Assembly (NCBI GenBank): GCA_043228905.1
Contig: JBHGNT010000009.1
Span: 14,880,001 to 14,944,000, forward strand
Reading direction: 5' to 3'
From: Azolla caroliniana
Lineage: Eukaryota; Plantae; Polypodiophyta
Length of the DNA stretch: 64,000 bases
Shown: positions 48,149 to 61,159 of the stretch, piece after piece
Numbering within the stretch: position 1 is the stretch's first letter
Layout of the letters: each line of letters starts with the position of its first letter
Program-made: the position numbers and the translations under genes
Notes under the pieces: model-generated
The model's database searches: none
Told to the model about the DNA's origin: nothing
Seen by the model: only the letters and a program-made list of their open reading frames with translations

Positions 48149-51100
48149 TCACCGTCGCTGAAATCTTGCACTCTCTCTTCTTGGCACGTACCGGAGGCCG
48201 TGCGGTTTGGTGGGGGTGGATGTCATGAAGATTTTCGGCGATAGTGTGAAACTTGTGATGAACATACGAAATCGAGCGTGGTTCTTCTCACGAAATATAA
48301 AACAATAATAGTAAAGATACTATTTTAAATAAGTTTAATATCTTGGTACAAAAAGATGGAGGTCTTGAAGAGCTTCTGAATGTACTTTACTACGTCGGAA
48401 ACGGACATCTAAGTGTCAAGTTATGTGGGTATGAAGTTTGCAAAGAAGAAGAGAAGAATATGTGATATCCCACATAGATAGGACAAATAAGGAACCCACC
48501 ATATATAATGCAGAGCAAAAGCTATTAATTTTATGTCTATGTGTGGAGCATAGAAAGGTTAAGTTGTATGACTTAACGAATGGATGTAGCCAAATGCATA
48601 TAATTATGTGTTTTGGACGAATCCGGCGACGACGACCGACGGTGTCTGATGATGGCGACCGGCGGTGATTGACGGTGTTCGACGACGGTGATCGGCGGGT
48701 TTTGGCATCTGACATCACTTGGCGACCGTGGCCGACGGAGTCGACGAGATGACGACCGGACGGAGAAATGCCTTGTAAAAATACATTAATAATAAAAGAC
48801 ATATATGTATGTGTATATTCAAAAGGAGTGGAAGCAAAGACTTGATCCTTGCACCTCCACATTGAGAGTCTATAGACTTACCACTAGGCTATATCATTTC
48901 TTTAGAAATGTTTTTTGTGTCATTATAATTTTACATGTAAATTCTCATATTAGAGCTTAATTGAGTGAGATGTGATGCATGAGCGCCAAATGGCAAACAT
49001 GCATCACATGCATTCCATGCATTGTATGCATGTCTTGTACCCTCACATGCATCATATGCATGTGTACATCTATAAAAGGATGGATGAAAAGGATCAAAGG
49101 AATGTTATGTTTTGATTCAAGAATTTAAGAAGAAGAAAAATTCGTTCTCCAATTGATGATATATCTTGTCTCTTGAATCTAAAGTTAAAAGTTCGATCTT
49201 ATCTCTCTTATTCTCTCTCTCTCTCTCGCCATCTCAATCTCTCTCCCTCAAACTATCTTAAATCCTTTCTCGCTAAAGCTAGTGGGTGCTTCGAGTCCTT
49301 CTGGTCCAGAACCTCGGCGGTTCCGCCTCACGATCCGCACATAGAGACGGATCTTCACGACACCACGAGCAACATCTCCCGCTCCTCCTTTCCTGCCACT
49401 ACTCGTAGTGGGACGCCGCCTCTCTTCTTCGGATGCTTCCATTGATTCTCGTTCCGCAGGAAGAACCGGTACGCTTTCTTCCGGACTCGGTTTGCTTCAC
49501 CTTTCGTTGAGGCGGCGTCCGACGACATTGTCTTCAGGAATCTACCGATCCTGAGCCATTCCCCTTCGTATTCACCCTCGTGAAACTCATTAAGCACCGG
49601 GGTGCTCCCTACCCTCGTCAGGCAAGCTGACTCGAAGAAGTCCTCGCCAACTTCTTCGTCCTCTGAAACCATGCCATCCTCGTTGACGAACCACACTCTC
49701 GAAAGAATGTCGGCCATGGCGTTGTTCTTTCCGGAGATGTGCCGTATCTCTGGATTCAGGGACTTGATGTACACAATCCACCTGAGCATCACTAGGTCCG
49801 GCGTCGTGCATCTGGAAACCATTCCGAGGATCGGTAGGCAGTCAGTCTCGATTATTATCTCCATCCCGATATGATAATCTTTGTCGGCCTTGAGTGCCGA
49901 AACAATACCCTAGAGCTCGTGCTTAACTTGTGTGTATCCTCGCTGTCACTCACTACCTTCGCTCCGAACCAGATAGGGACCCGTGTGCCGCCCCCGTCTT
50001 CCTGATTGATCACCCATCCTATCCCGGTCGGGCTCGTATCTACGGTTACATATATCGGAACATCCTTGTCGTAAACCGCTTTACGGAGTGCCGGTGCCGC
50101 GGTAAGTGCTTCTTTCAATCTCCGGACCGACTCCGTATGTTCCTCGCCCCAGTCGTATTTGCACCTTTTCTTTAGCAGCCCGTAGAGCGGTTTTGCGATG
50201 TGCGCGTAATGGAACCCAGATGTGGTAGAATGCACACGCCCCCAGGAACCTTCGCACCTCCGTTACTGACTTGCATTCCTCTTTCATTGCGGAAATGGCT
50301 TCGACCTTTGCCGGAGACGGTTTCCGGCCATAAGGTCCGCACAAATGATCAACGACCATGATTTTCGACTGTCCGAAAGCCGACTTCTCCCCGGAGAAGG
50401 TGAGTTGCGCACCTTCTATCCTTTGTAGCACCTTCTCGTAGTCTCTGATGTGGTCCGAGACGAATTTACGACACCCGTCCGTCCGACCGTTTCATCCCTT
50501 GATCGGAATGTCATCCAAAAATGGCATGGTGATGTTTGGGATGCAATCCCTTAGCACCTTATTCATCGCATTCACCATGTGCGCTACCGAGTTTGTCCCC
50601 CCTTGCGGGAGGGTACACATCCGCACTAGGCCGAGAGGAGTCCGCATTGTCGTAATATCCCTGCTCTCTACGGCTAGTTGGAATTGGTTGTACCCCGAGT
50701 ACAGATCCCCGACCGAGTAAATCGACATTCCGGCGAAGGCTTCCGCGAACTTGTGAATGGTCGGTCCGATTCTTGCATTCCGAATGGTCACCTTGTTGAC
50801 CGGCTGCAGGTCCTGAATAAAGCGCAACATGTCGTTCTTCTTTGGCATGGTAAACCACCGATTCGAGTATGGGGTACTTGACGGTTCGAGGATGCCCATC
50901 TCCACCTTCTGCTTCAGTAGATGCTTCAACTTCGGGATGTGAGCTCTCGGTACTGGAATCGGTTTGAGATTCCATGGCACATGCGGTACCATGAAGATGG
51001 CCATCGGCTCAACTACCGTCGGGTCTATGCACCCGATCGCTTCCGGCGATAATGCGAAGGCCTTCCCGTGCCTCCCGAGCATTCTCCGAAACTGTTCCTC

Positions 51101-54100
51101 CTCCATGGGCAATAGAAAGCCACCCCCACCAACCTTGAGCTTCCGTAGCGTTATGTTGGTGAACCGGTGTCCTATGCTGGCTGGATCCCGTAGACTTGGG
51201 TCCGACGCGACCCCTTTCATCTGTAACTCGTTGCCCTTCGGCAAGGGTGCCGCGATTGGCCTCACCTTTTGGTCCACAGTCTTGTACCTTGTATCCACAC
51301 AGGCCGTCCGTTCCGACTCGACCCCTTTCCCGAAGTCGACGATGACTTCGTACATCATTTCCGAACTAACCGGAATTATCCGGTCTTCGTTAAGGCCTTC
51401 ATCGAACACTTTCTTTAATTCCCCCAAGGTGTCGTCGAAAGAGACCGCCTCCACGGCTCCACCAACCATTGTCCAACACTTTCGTCTCCATGCATGTTGC
51501 TGTAATGTACGGTTCTCCAAGTATCACCGGATGTGAGGATGTCTCCTGCATGAAGAAGTGTTGGTCAATCTCAACATCACCGATTTTCACCCGTACATTT
51601 GGGTAGGCCCCATGTCACTCCATGGCGCACATCGCCGCTCGTATTTTCCATCCGTGCTTGGTGTTGATCAGCCACTTGCCCTTCTTGTAGAAGTCCATAG
51701 ACATCAGGTTGATCTCCGAACTGTGGTCTACCAGCGCCACCACTGGCTCCTGGACGTCTTCAATCCGAATCGGAGTCTCCGTAGTGGCTCTTGCCCAGTG
51801 CAGCTTCGACTAGTGGCTTTCCGCCAAATCTTCTTCCAGGGCCATATCTTCTAGGTGCGGCGTTCGCACCTCCACCGGCTTCTCCGACTTCAGCTCCGTC
51901 GAAAGCCTTTTTCGCTTCACCAAGTCCACGATGGAGTCATGGAATTCCTTCTTGGCAATCCCAAGCACTTCCCTCAGCGACAACTCCACCTTGCTGTCGA
52001 GGACCTTCCGTAGGTTTGTCGTTCTTTCTTTCTCGGTGCTCAACCGGTAACCGGCTTTCCTTGTTTTATCCGGTGTGTGGGAAGTACCAGCGTCATTTTG
52101 CTTCGGCCCGAACCGGGTCTCGTACTGTTGCGAGGGTCCGGCTCCTCTAGCCTTCCCCGCACGTTTGTCTTCTACCAGAACCTCATAGTTCTAGCACGCG
52201 GCTTCCACGAAGCCGGTCTTTTCCTCTACCGGATCACTCCACCTGGTGACTTCCCGAACCCGCCCGCCTTTCCGTGCGGTCCGCTTCCTCCTTCCTCAGC
52301 CGCATACCGGCGAGGCCTTCTAGTACCACCTGCCAGAACCCGGAGTCCTTCGTCTTCTGGCCTTCGTCACTCCTGACCCGGATTCCTGCCGACGCCGAGT
52401 AATAGATGGTCTCTGCATGGTGTGCCGCCGCTTCTTCCATCAACCTCTTCATTCCTCCTTGTCTGATATTCAGCTCTAGGGCTCTCCGGGTGTTGCTAGC
52501 ATGCACCCTCCCGTTCCATAGGTACACCATGTTAGCCCTTATTGCTTTTGTGAAGTCCACATAGTCCTTCTGGATGTGACCGACCGCGTCACACCACAAG
52601 CACCGATGTCCACCCTGAGGCCTTCAGTCGCGAGGCTGCTCACCGCCATCCCTCCTTGCCTGTGCAATCTGGAGGTCTCGCACCATCTGCGTCAGCTCCT
52701 CCAGAGCCGCTCCTTCAGGCGGGCCTTTGACCACGCTAGTCGATGTCGAGTCTGTCTTGAGCAAATCCTGGGTTTCCTCCCTTCGCGCCGACGGGGGTCC
52801 CTCGAGCTTCCTTGTCATAACCGCTCTTGCCCCCGATGAGCCCTTGTTGACCCACTCATGCCGTTTGTCAAAATGACCACAAACCCCTTTTACCATGGCC
52901 TAGTCGGCCATCAGTCCATCGTCCGTTTCCAGCAGGAGACCCACTTGCTCCCAATCCCGCTCGTCCACAGCTTTGACGAATAAAAGAACACGGCTCGTGT
53001 CCAGTACAGTCCTGTCCAGTGCCCAAAGTTGTGCGAAGCGTTCCTCAAACTCTCTGAGGAGCATCGACGCATTCCTCCCCTTCCTGGGGGTCTCCACCCA
53101 ATCCACGAAGTCCCACTTCATTAACCGAAGTGTGTCATCAAGCCTGTACCGTTTGAGGAGCTGTGCTTCGAATTCTCCCCAGGTTTGGCATCCAGCCTGC
53201 ACCTCGAGCACCTCGAGCACCTCCGCGTGGATGCCTGGTGTCGCCACCCGAGGGAACCGAGCCATATGCCTTTCCTCCGGGATGTCCCCCATCACCATTT
53301 CAGCTTGGTAGACCACCAAATAACTTGTGGCATCCTTCCCATTGAACTGGCCTATTGTGCCGACAATTGCTTCAATGGCCCTATTGAGGTCGCCTGTGCC
53401 CTCGCGAGCACTTACTATCCGATCGCCCGCCGGCGCCATGGCTTCGGCGAGCTCTGATCCCCTCATCTTCGATTCCTCTACCGCCTTGTTTCACGTCATG
53501 TTCACCAAATATGTCGTGTTATTCTGCACACACATGGAAACCAAGGCAGGACCGCGGGGGTCTTGAACCGGGGAATTACCGAACAGAAGGAGGAGCACCA
53601 CGAACTCACGGCCAAGCCGTGCACACGCGGATACACAGAGAACTCACAACAAGGTCGAACAACACGTGGCGCGAATGTATATATATAATCAAGATTACAG
53701 CCGGCTAGCCGACAAGTGCCAACTCGCTGACACCAACTTACACAATGCACACAACAACAAGAGATGGAGCCTGTGCCGGAAGCACTTGGGCTTTCCACGA
53801 AGCAAAGGCAACCTCCCAAACCCTGCAAAAAATGATGAAAGGCAGAGGAGAAGAGCTCGGTTCCAGTCCGACAACACTTAGTCCTCGACAAAAGCGATCC
53901 CCTGCTCAGCCTTCTCCCCTCCCTTTTATAGGCCTCCGGGGAACAGACCGTTATACCCTGGTTACATCATCTTTATTCCCTGTCACCTCGGACAAAGATA
54001 CACTACGATTTCCTAAACAGTAAATGCATACTACCTAGTATCTTCACATCAACCGAATTGCTACTAAGTATGTACAAGTAATTAAATAGCGTGCCCACAC

Positions 54101-56123
54101 GCAAGGGCCATTTCTTGCGCATATTTCCCTGATTCCTCCTAGGGGCGGTTTTCTCTACGACAACGTGAAGAGCTTGAGATTCAAAAACATTCAGGACCTC
54201 CATCTTTCTCAGACCAAATGTCTAAAGCACCTTCTTTCTGGGATCTTGCAACAACTTGTAGAGACATAGTTGGGAGGCCTAACTCTTCACATATTTTTCC
54301 ATGTCATCTCTAGAACAGGAACTAGCATGGAGCTCAGCTCTTCTTCTTGCTTCCTAAACATGCTTTCTCTTAGCTTCCTCGATCTATTTACTTGCTTGAA
54401 ATCAATGGCGCCAAAGCATGAGTTGTTTGTTTCTCAACACATAAACACACATAGAGACGCAAAGATTGAGGGAGAGATAAACTTCTTCTCAAAGGAGGGT
54501 CGGCCGTTCGGGTGTGCTAGTGTTAATGGGTGGGGGGTGAAGCCTACAATGGCTTCACCCCTTGTAATAACCAAGATCATTAATCCTAAAATAAAGACAT
54601 AAGTGACACAATAATACTTAAAATATGCGTTACCACCCATCCGCCCCCACGCCAGAGTCGACATCGCAGACGAGGAATCCCGATCTATCCCATACCAGCC
54701 AGGATCTCCACATCAGGACCTTGGTTGGTGACTAGTCCACATCAAAGAGAGCTTCGTTAGAACCACTCATGGGCCCCCCCTAAGTAAGGAGAGTATCCCC
54801 TATTTATAGGGCCTAGGCCATGTAATGACATCTACCTAACCAATCATGTGTGGGGTACCCAATGACACACATTTGGTCAGTCCAATAAAGTCGGTGACTT
54901 AGATATTACAGTATGATAGCCCCCAAATAAACACGTCTAAACCAATGAACATTACATACTCCCCCCCCTGTTTAATTGCACTCTTGCAATGGGAAGTTAG
55001 GAAAATCTTTGCATAATGTCTCTTCAGTTTCCCACGTGTTGTCTTCTTCCAATCTATCCTTCCACTTAAACTTATAGCGATGCACAACCTTTGACCTTAG
55101 GTTTCTCAACCTGTGATCAATGATTTTCTCAGGTTCATGTGGAGGAAAATGATCATCCTCCAATGTCGATAAATTAGACGGTGATACAACATTATCATCA
55201 TAACAAATCACCTCCTTTAATCAACTCACGTGGAATACGGGATGAAACATAACGTTGGAAGGCAAATCCAAACGATAAGCATTGGGACCTATAAATTTTA
55301 AAACTTTATATGATCCACAATACCGTGGCGCTAATTTTGCACACGGTCCTGTTCTCAATGTTTCTAAGTCCTTAGGAACCCATAGAAAAACCTCTTGTCC
55401 TACGTGGAATTCCCTTGGTTTTCTATCATGATTCGCATAAAAGACATTTCTGTCTTGTGCCATCCTAAGGTTTTCTTTTGCTAACTTACGTGCTTCAAGC
55501 ATATCAAAGAGAAAATTCTTTGTACTATCCAAAGTATGTGAATCAAACGAAACATCAATAGGAGGACGTGGCGTATAACCATACATCAACATGAACGTAC
55601 TATATTTTGTTGATGTATGCCTAGCGCTGTTGTAGGCAAATTCCACCATAGGAAGGTAAGTCTCCCATAATGAGGGTTTTTGTGCTACATATGCTCTCAA
55701 CATATCCTCTAATATCTGATTCACTCTCTCGGTCTGCCCATCTGACTGAGGATGATCAGAAGAATTGAGACTCAAGGTTGTTTGTAGTTTCTGCATAACT
55801 TCTGACCAAAATGTACTTGTAAACTTGGATTCTCGATCACTTACAATCTCCATCGGTAGACCATATAAGCTATAAAGATGTTTAATAAACTTAATAGCCA
55901 ATTTCTTTGCGGTAATTGTGGATTTTGTTGGAATGAATCTTTCCATCTTGGTAAGCCGATCAACAGCCACCCAAAGACATTATTTCCCTCTGCGGAATGA
56001 GGTAATCCAACTATGAAATCCATGGTTATACTTTGCCACTTTTCAGCTGGAATATCGAGATGTTGCAATAAGCCAACTTTTTTTTGTCGCTCGGCCTTAA
56101 TGACCTGACATTGTGGACAACGT

Positions 56124-56474
56124 TGTCGCGTGGCGCGTGACACACGTGCCAAAAGTCGCGATGTGCGTGTCACATAGGCGTGGACAAGCACCATGCCTCT
56201 ATCCGCTAGTGGTTATGGAGGAGATGAATTAGCCGTTTTAGGTTTATTGTCGGTTTGTTCTTTGTTGTCGAAGACGCACCCCAACTAGAATCAGCGGTCT
56301 GGTGGATTGATGTGTAGGCGGCGGTAATGTGGTGGTGTGCAACGTTTAGTGGGCGACGACAACGACGAAATGATCTTCGCCGGTGCTATTTCCTCCTTGA
56401 CGAGAATTCCAAAGATAGAGTGAATGACCACAAGAAATGAAATTGTAGTAGCTAAAGTGACACACTAATGTGGA

Positions 56475-56523
<49 letters not shown>

Positions 56524-59500
56524 CGGGAATTGAGGAAGTGTTTAAGATAGATAGATAAATGGATGGAAATTCCATTTCCGGGTTTGAACCCTTGACATCA
56601 ATGTTGAGAAACAAGACAAGTCACCAATAAGATAAGTAGGTTTTTTTAATATTAAATTAATGTTGATTCAATACATACCTTGATTGATGCCTCCCTTGAT
56701 TCCCCCTTCTTTCTTTCTTATATAGATGCCCCCATGCATATGATGCATGTGAAGGTGTAAGACATGCATACAATGCATGAGATGCATGCAATGCATGATT
56801 GCCATTTGGTACTTATGCATTGCATGTGATGCATGATGACCATGTCCCTCATTCAAGCTCTAATGTATGAGCACATGTGAAAAATACAATGATAAAAGTA
56901 TAACAAGTAACAACCTAGCCTAATGGTAAGTTAATTGTGTCTTAACTTGGAGGTGCAAGGTTCAAACCTTACTTACACCCCTTGGTATGCACGAAAATGA
57001 TACTAGGCCTTAGGGGTTCTCATTTCATTTATATTTACAACATGCTAACGTACGAGTGTAACCATTGCCCCCCATTACCCCATTCATTCATGTGCACATT
57101 GCACGTGACAAGAAACGTACGAGTGTAACCATTGCCCCATTCATTCGTGTGCACATTGCACGTGCCAAGAAGAGAATGTGAGATTTCGGCTACGGTCAAC
57201 AATCAATTTCCTCCACGTCCTCATTGACCTTGCTCACATTTGCAGTTTCCGACTTCATTGTAAAGGACCCTCAACTTGTCTTTTATTGAAGATCTTTTCG
57301 CCGTAATGGGTATGGCCAACCTCGATCCGTCTAGCTCCACGAGGTGGTAGATGGCATTGTTGTTGGCACGTGTAACCTTCTTGCGAACTTTCTTCTCGTT
57401 TTTTGTTGGTTGTCAAGGTTGTTGTTGTAGATCAATACCCAACCTCCTTCAATCTTCTTGGGGTGCAATCGATGCGTCTTGTCGAACCGAATCCAAAAAC
57501 TGGGTGCTTCTTATTAGCCAATCCTTTTCTTTGATATGGGAGATGGAAACATTGGCAATACAACCTCCTCTATTTAGTTGAACATCCCACCATCTTGATG
57601 CATCTTTCCCTTCCTTCTCATGGGTAGTCCTCATAATCACTTCTTTCCTTTCTTCTTCATAAATAATAACCATCCATTTTACCACAACATCATCTTCTTC
57701 GATAACAACCTCAATGTTAATTATACTTACATCATCATTATAGTCATCCTTTGAGTTAACAATATCTTTAGTCACCGAATTATTTATCACGAGATAACCA
57801 TCATATTCAATATCATCTACCCTAAACTCATCCTTCCTGCACACACTCACTACACCAACATTATCATCATACACATCCCAAACCATCATAACATTTTCTA
57901 GATTATCCTCAATCTTATCAACCTTAGTCCCATCCTTCCCACACATACTCACAACATCAACATCATCATTATACACATCCCGAATAACATTTTCTAGATT
58001 TTCCTTACTTATACCCTTTTGATCATTAAGTAACCCTACATCATCATGGACATATTTTTGTAGAACGTCCTCATCATCACAAATCCCTATTCTATTTTCA
58101 TAATGGATATCCTCATGAATGTCACCATTTGATTTAGTGAAACTCTTATAAAATCTATCCCGAAGAAAACCAATTCAACCTAAAACACACAATTCCTCTT
58201 CATCACTCTCACCCTCATCATTACCCTTATCTTAACCATATCCACAGAAAGTGCACAACTTTTTATCTTCATAACCCTTGTTCTTCTCTTGGCACTCACT
58301 CTCACCATCAATAATAAACTCTCTCTTACTATCATCAAGCCCTAAATCATGTGTATCATTATTATCATCATTGTCATCATGTTTAAATGTAAATTTTTTG
58401 TCTCTTCCTAACTTCTCCTCTTGTTCGCGGCCCTCATTAAACCTATCAGACTCGTCATCACAATTTAAACCATGAGAGTCTAGATTCCAACTTCTCTCAC
58501 CATCATGAATTTTGAGTGTAGCACAACCATGAAGAGCTCGACCTTGATTTCTCCTCTTGAGTTTATAGTAATCTTTGCCACGATCATAACCTTGTAGATC
58601 TCAAGCACTCTTTGTGAGTGTGTAATGATCTTTGTCTTTATCATAACCATGTAGATCTTGATCTTTCTCCTCAAGCCCACGTTCTTTGTTACATGTCTCT
58701 TCATGACTGCATCCTTGAGTATCTTGGTCTTTTCCCTCTAGGCCACTTTCTTCACCGCATGTCTCTTCATGATCGCATCCTTCTCGATCTTCCCTCTTGA
58801 GCCCACATTCTTCATCACATCTCTCTTCATTATTGTATCCTTCTTCAGTGCGTCTCTCTCTTCTCTTGAGTTTGCAATGAACTTCATGATGAAAATCACA
58901 ATCTCTCCCTTCAACATAATGTTCTTCGTCACATGTTTCTCTTTTGTCGAGTTTGCAATGATCCTCGTAAGGACCATAGGCATGTCGATCTCTCTTGTCA
59001 AGCCCACGTTCTTCTTCATGACCGCATCCTTGAATATCTCGTTCGTCCGTTTTGAGCCCTTGTTCTTCATCGCATGTCTCTTCACGATCACATCCTCGAA
59101 TATCTTGATCTTTTGTCTTGATCCCACGTTCTTTGTCGTATGTCTCTTCATGATCACGTTCTCGAATATCTTGATCTTCCCTCTTGAGCCCACGTTCTTC
59201 GTCGTGTCTCTCTTCACAACCGCATCCTCGAATATCTCCATCTTTCCTTACGAGCCCACATTCTTCGTTGAAAGTCTCTTCATGAAAATAATCGCGATCA
59301 TCTCGATCATCTTCATCTTCACCATCGTTGAGTAAACCATGAAAAGGTTGAGGCCTGAATCTTGATGTCATAATCGCTTCGTACCAATCCGGAACTTCTT
59401 GATATAGTCTTTTGACTTTCCTTGCCAGCTTGAGATACTCCATCGCTTTATCATTATCATCATGCAACAACATTTCGATGGCCTTCCTTACAAATGGAAT

Positions 59501-59977
59501 GATTACGAGCCTTGGACCACCTTCTATTCTAATCGACTCCTCTAAGTTGTAAGCAAGCAAGACCACATCCATCATTCGTGTTGCCTCCATTACCACCTAG
59601 TGTTCTTCATGTTGGGTTCACCAAATAGATGTCGTGTGGCGCGTGACACACGTGCCAAACGTCGCGATGTGCGTGTCACATAGGCGCGGACAAGCATTGG
59701 GCCTCTATCCGCTAGTGGTTATCGAGGAGATGAATTAGCCGTTTTAGGTTTATTGTCGGGTTGTTCTTTGTTATCAAAGACACACCCCAACTAGAATCAA
59801 CAGTGCGGTGGATTGATGGGTAGGCGGTGGTAATGTGGTGTGCAACGTTTAGCGGGCGACGACAACAACGAAATGATCTTTGCCGGTGCTATTTCCTTCT
59901 TGATGAGAATTCCAAAGATAGAGTGAATGACCACACGAAATGAAATTGTAGTAGCTAAAGTGACGCACTAATATGGT

Positions 59978-60008
<31 letters not shown>

Positions 60009-60660
60009 CGGGAATTGAGGAAGTGTTTAAGATAGATAGATAAATGGATGGAAATTCCATTTCCGGGTTTGAACCCTTGACATCAATGTTGAGAAACAAG
60101 ACAAGTCACCAATAAGATAAGTAGGTTTTTTTAATATTAAATTAATGTTGATTCAATACATACCTTGATTGATGCCTCCCTTGATTCCCCCTTCTTTCTT
60201 TCTTATATAGATGCCCCCATGCATATGATGCATGTGAAGGTGTAAGACATGCATACAATGCATGAGATGCATGCAATGCATGAGATGCATGCAATGCATG
60301 ATTGCCATTTGGTACTTATGCATCGCATGTGATGCATGATGACCATGTCCCTCATTCAAGCTCTAATGTATGAGCATTTACATGTGAAAAATACAATGAT
60401 GAAAATATAATAAGTAACAACTTAGCCTAATTGTAAGTCAATTGTGTCTTAACTTGGAGGTGCAAGGTTCAAACCTTACTTGCACCCCTTGGTATGCACG
60501 AAAATGCTATTAGGCCTTAGGGGTTCTCATTTTATTTATATTTACAACATGCTGACGTACGAGTGTAACCATCGCCCCATTCATTTATGTGCACAATGCA
60601 CCTTTTCAATTTTCTCCGTTCCATGCAATTTTCACACTATCGCCGAAAATCGTCACGACA
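56124..60660 (-). mobile_element. Non-autonomous tRNA-Trp-primed LTR element E (related to Gypsy-C)
   Basis: LTRs 56124-~57160 (U3 start and PPT deleted) and 59630-60660; TSD ACGT both sides; degenerate Trp PBS 59607-59623; LTR start TGTCGTGACGATTTTCGGCGATAGTGTGAAA resembles Gypsy-C; only integrase C-terminal remnants at ~57290-57490. Confidence 0.9.
58601..59590 (-). CDS. Hypothetical acidic repeat protein (~22-aa Cys/His/Glu repeats) in the gag position of element E
   Basis: ~330-codon open frame right after the PBS; repeats such as HEETYDKERGIKTKDQDIRGCD. Confidence 0.45.
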   Translation of the reverse strand: MEATRMMDVVLLAYNLEESIRIEGGPRLVIIPFVRKAIEMLLHDDNDKAMEYLKLARKVKRLYQEVPDWYEAIMTSRFRPQPFHGLLNDGEDEDDRDDRDYFHEETFNEECGLVRKDGDIRGCGCEERHDEERGLKREDQDIRERDHEETYDKERGIKTKDQDIRGCDREETCDEEQGLKTDERDIQGCGHEEERGLDKRDRHAYGPYEDHCKLDKRETCDEEHYVEGRDCDFHHEVHCKLKRRERRTEEGYNNEERCDEECGLKREDREGCDHEETCGEESGLEGKDQDTQGCSHEETCNKERGLEEKDQDLHGYDKDKDHYTLTKSA

Positions 60661-61159
60661 ACGTATAACATAGGACTCTACCTCAGGTTTCATTTTTGGT
60701 AAGAAAAACCTAACTTTTATCAAAGCTATGTTAGTAACGAGTGTGATTTGCAGAAATGTGTATGGACTTGTGTCGGTTTTGAACAACAAACAACGTAGAC
60801 AGAAAATAGAATGGCGTGGACTTACACAGTGCAAGCTCTAATGGAAAGCTATATTGCTTCGTTCTCTCTCTCTCTCTGAGATACAATACAAAGAACCAGA
60901 GAATCTGTTCTTCCTCACTCTTCCTCTCGTTACTCATTACAATGTTAGGTGTTTGCTTATATACTAAGCCCTAACTTATTAACGAGTTCATACTCGGACG
61001 GATACAACTTGGAAGGAGTCGGCGTTTTATGCCAACAAAGTCCCCCGTAAAAGGACTACTGTTTCTTGCATGTACAAGTATTTGGGGTTATCTCCCCCGT
61101 AAGCCTAGATTACAAAATTGATCTAAGTTTATATGTTACAAGTCGGTCGGCATGCAGCC

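Larger units (their letters stand above)
41317..49362 (+). mobile_element. Ty3/Gypsy element Gypsy-C (tRNA-Trp primed, divergent subfamily, ~1.1-kb LTRs), in Gypsy-D
   Basis: LTRs 41317-42446 and 48221-49362; TSD CCGC/CCAC; PBS TGGTGAACCCGACGTGAA 42455-42472. Confidence 0.95.
28305..54162 (-). mobile_element. Ty3/Gypsy element Gypsy-D (tRNA-Trp primed); hosts Gypsy-B and Gypsy-C
   Basis: LTRs 28305-28970 and 53512-54162; exact TSD ACGT (28301-28304, 54163-54166); PBS ~53491-53507; pol pieces 29044-29599, 40722-41316, 49363-51465; gag-PR ~51465-53466. Confidence 0.95.
54563..60780 (-). mobile_element. Chromoviral Ty3/Gypsy fragment: integrase, chromodomain and 3' LTR (54563-54956); split by element E
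   Basis: MDFIVGLP, VDRLTKM, IVSDR, HPQSDGQTERVNQ, HPVFHVS; chromodomain PEKIIDHR..YKFKWK..NTWE; PPT then TGTAAT...ATTACA LTR; ESYVIR|CPQCQ rejoins across E; right boundary uncertain. Confidence 0.88.

Noticed and set aside
56668-56856. His/Met-rich peptide ORF (also 60153-60359) resembling a metal-binding peptide
   Set aside because: Translation of the ATGC-rich LTR core; TTG start
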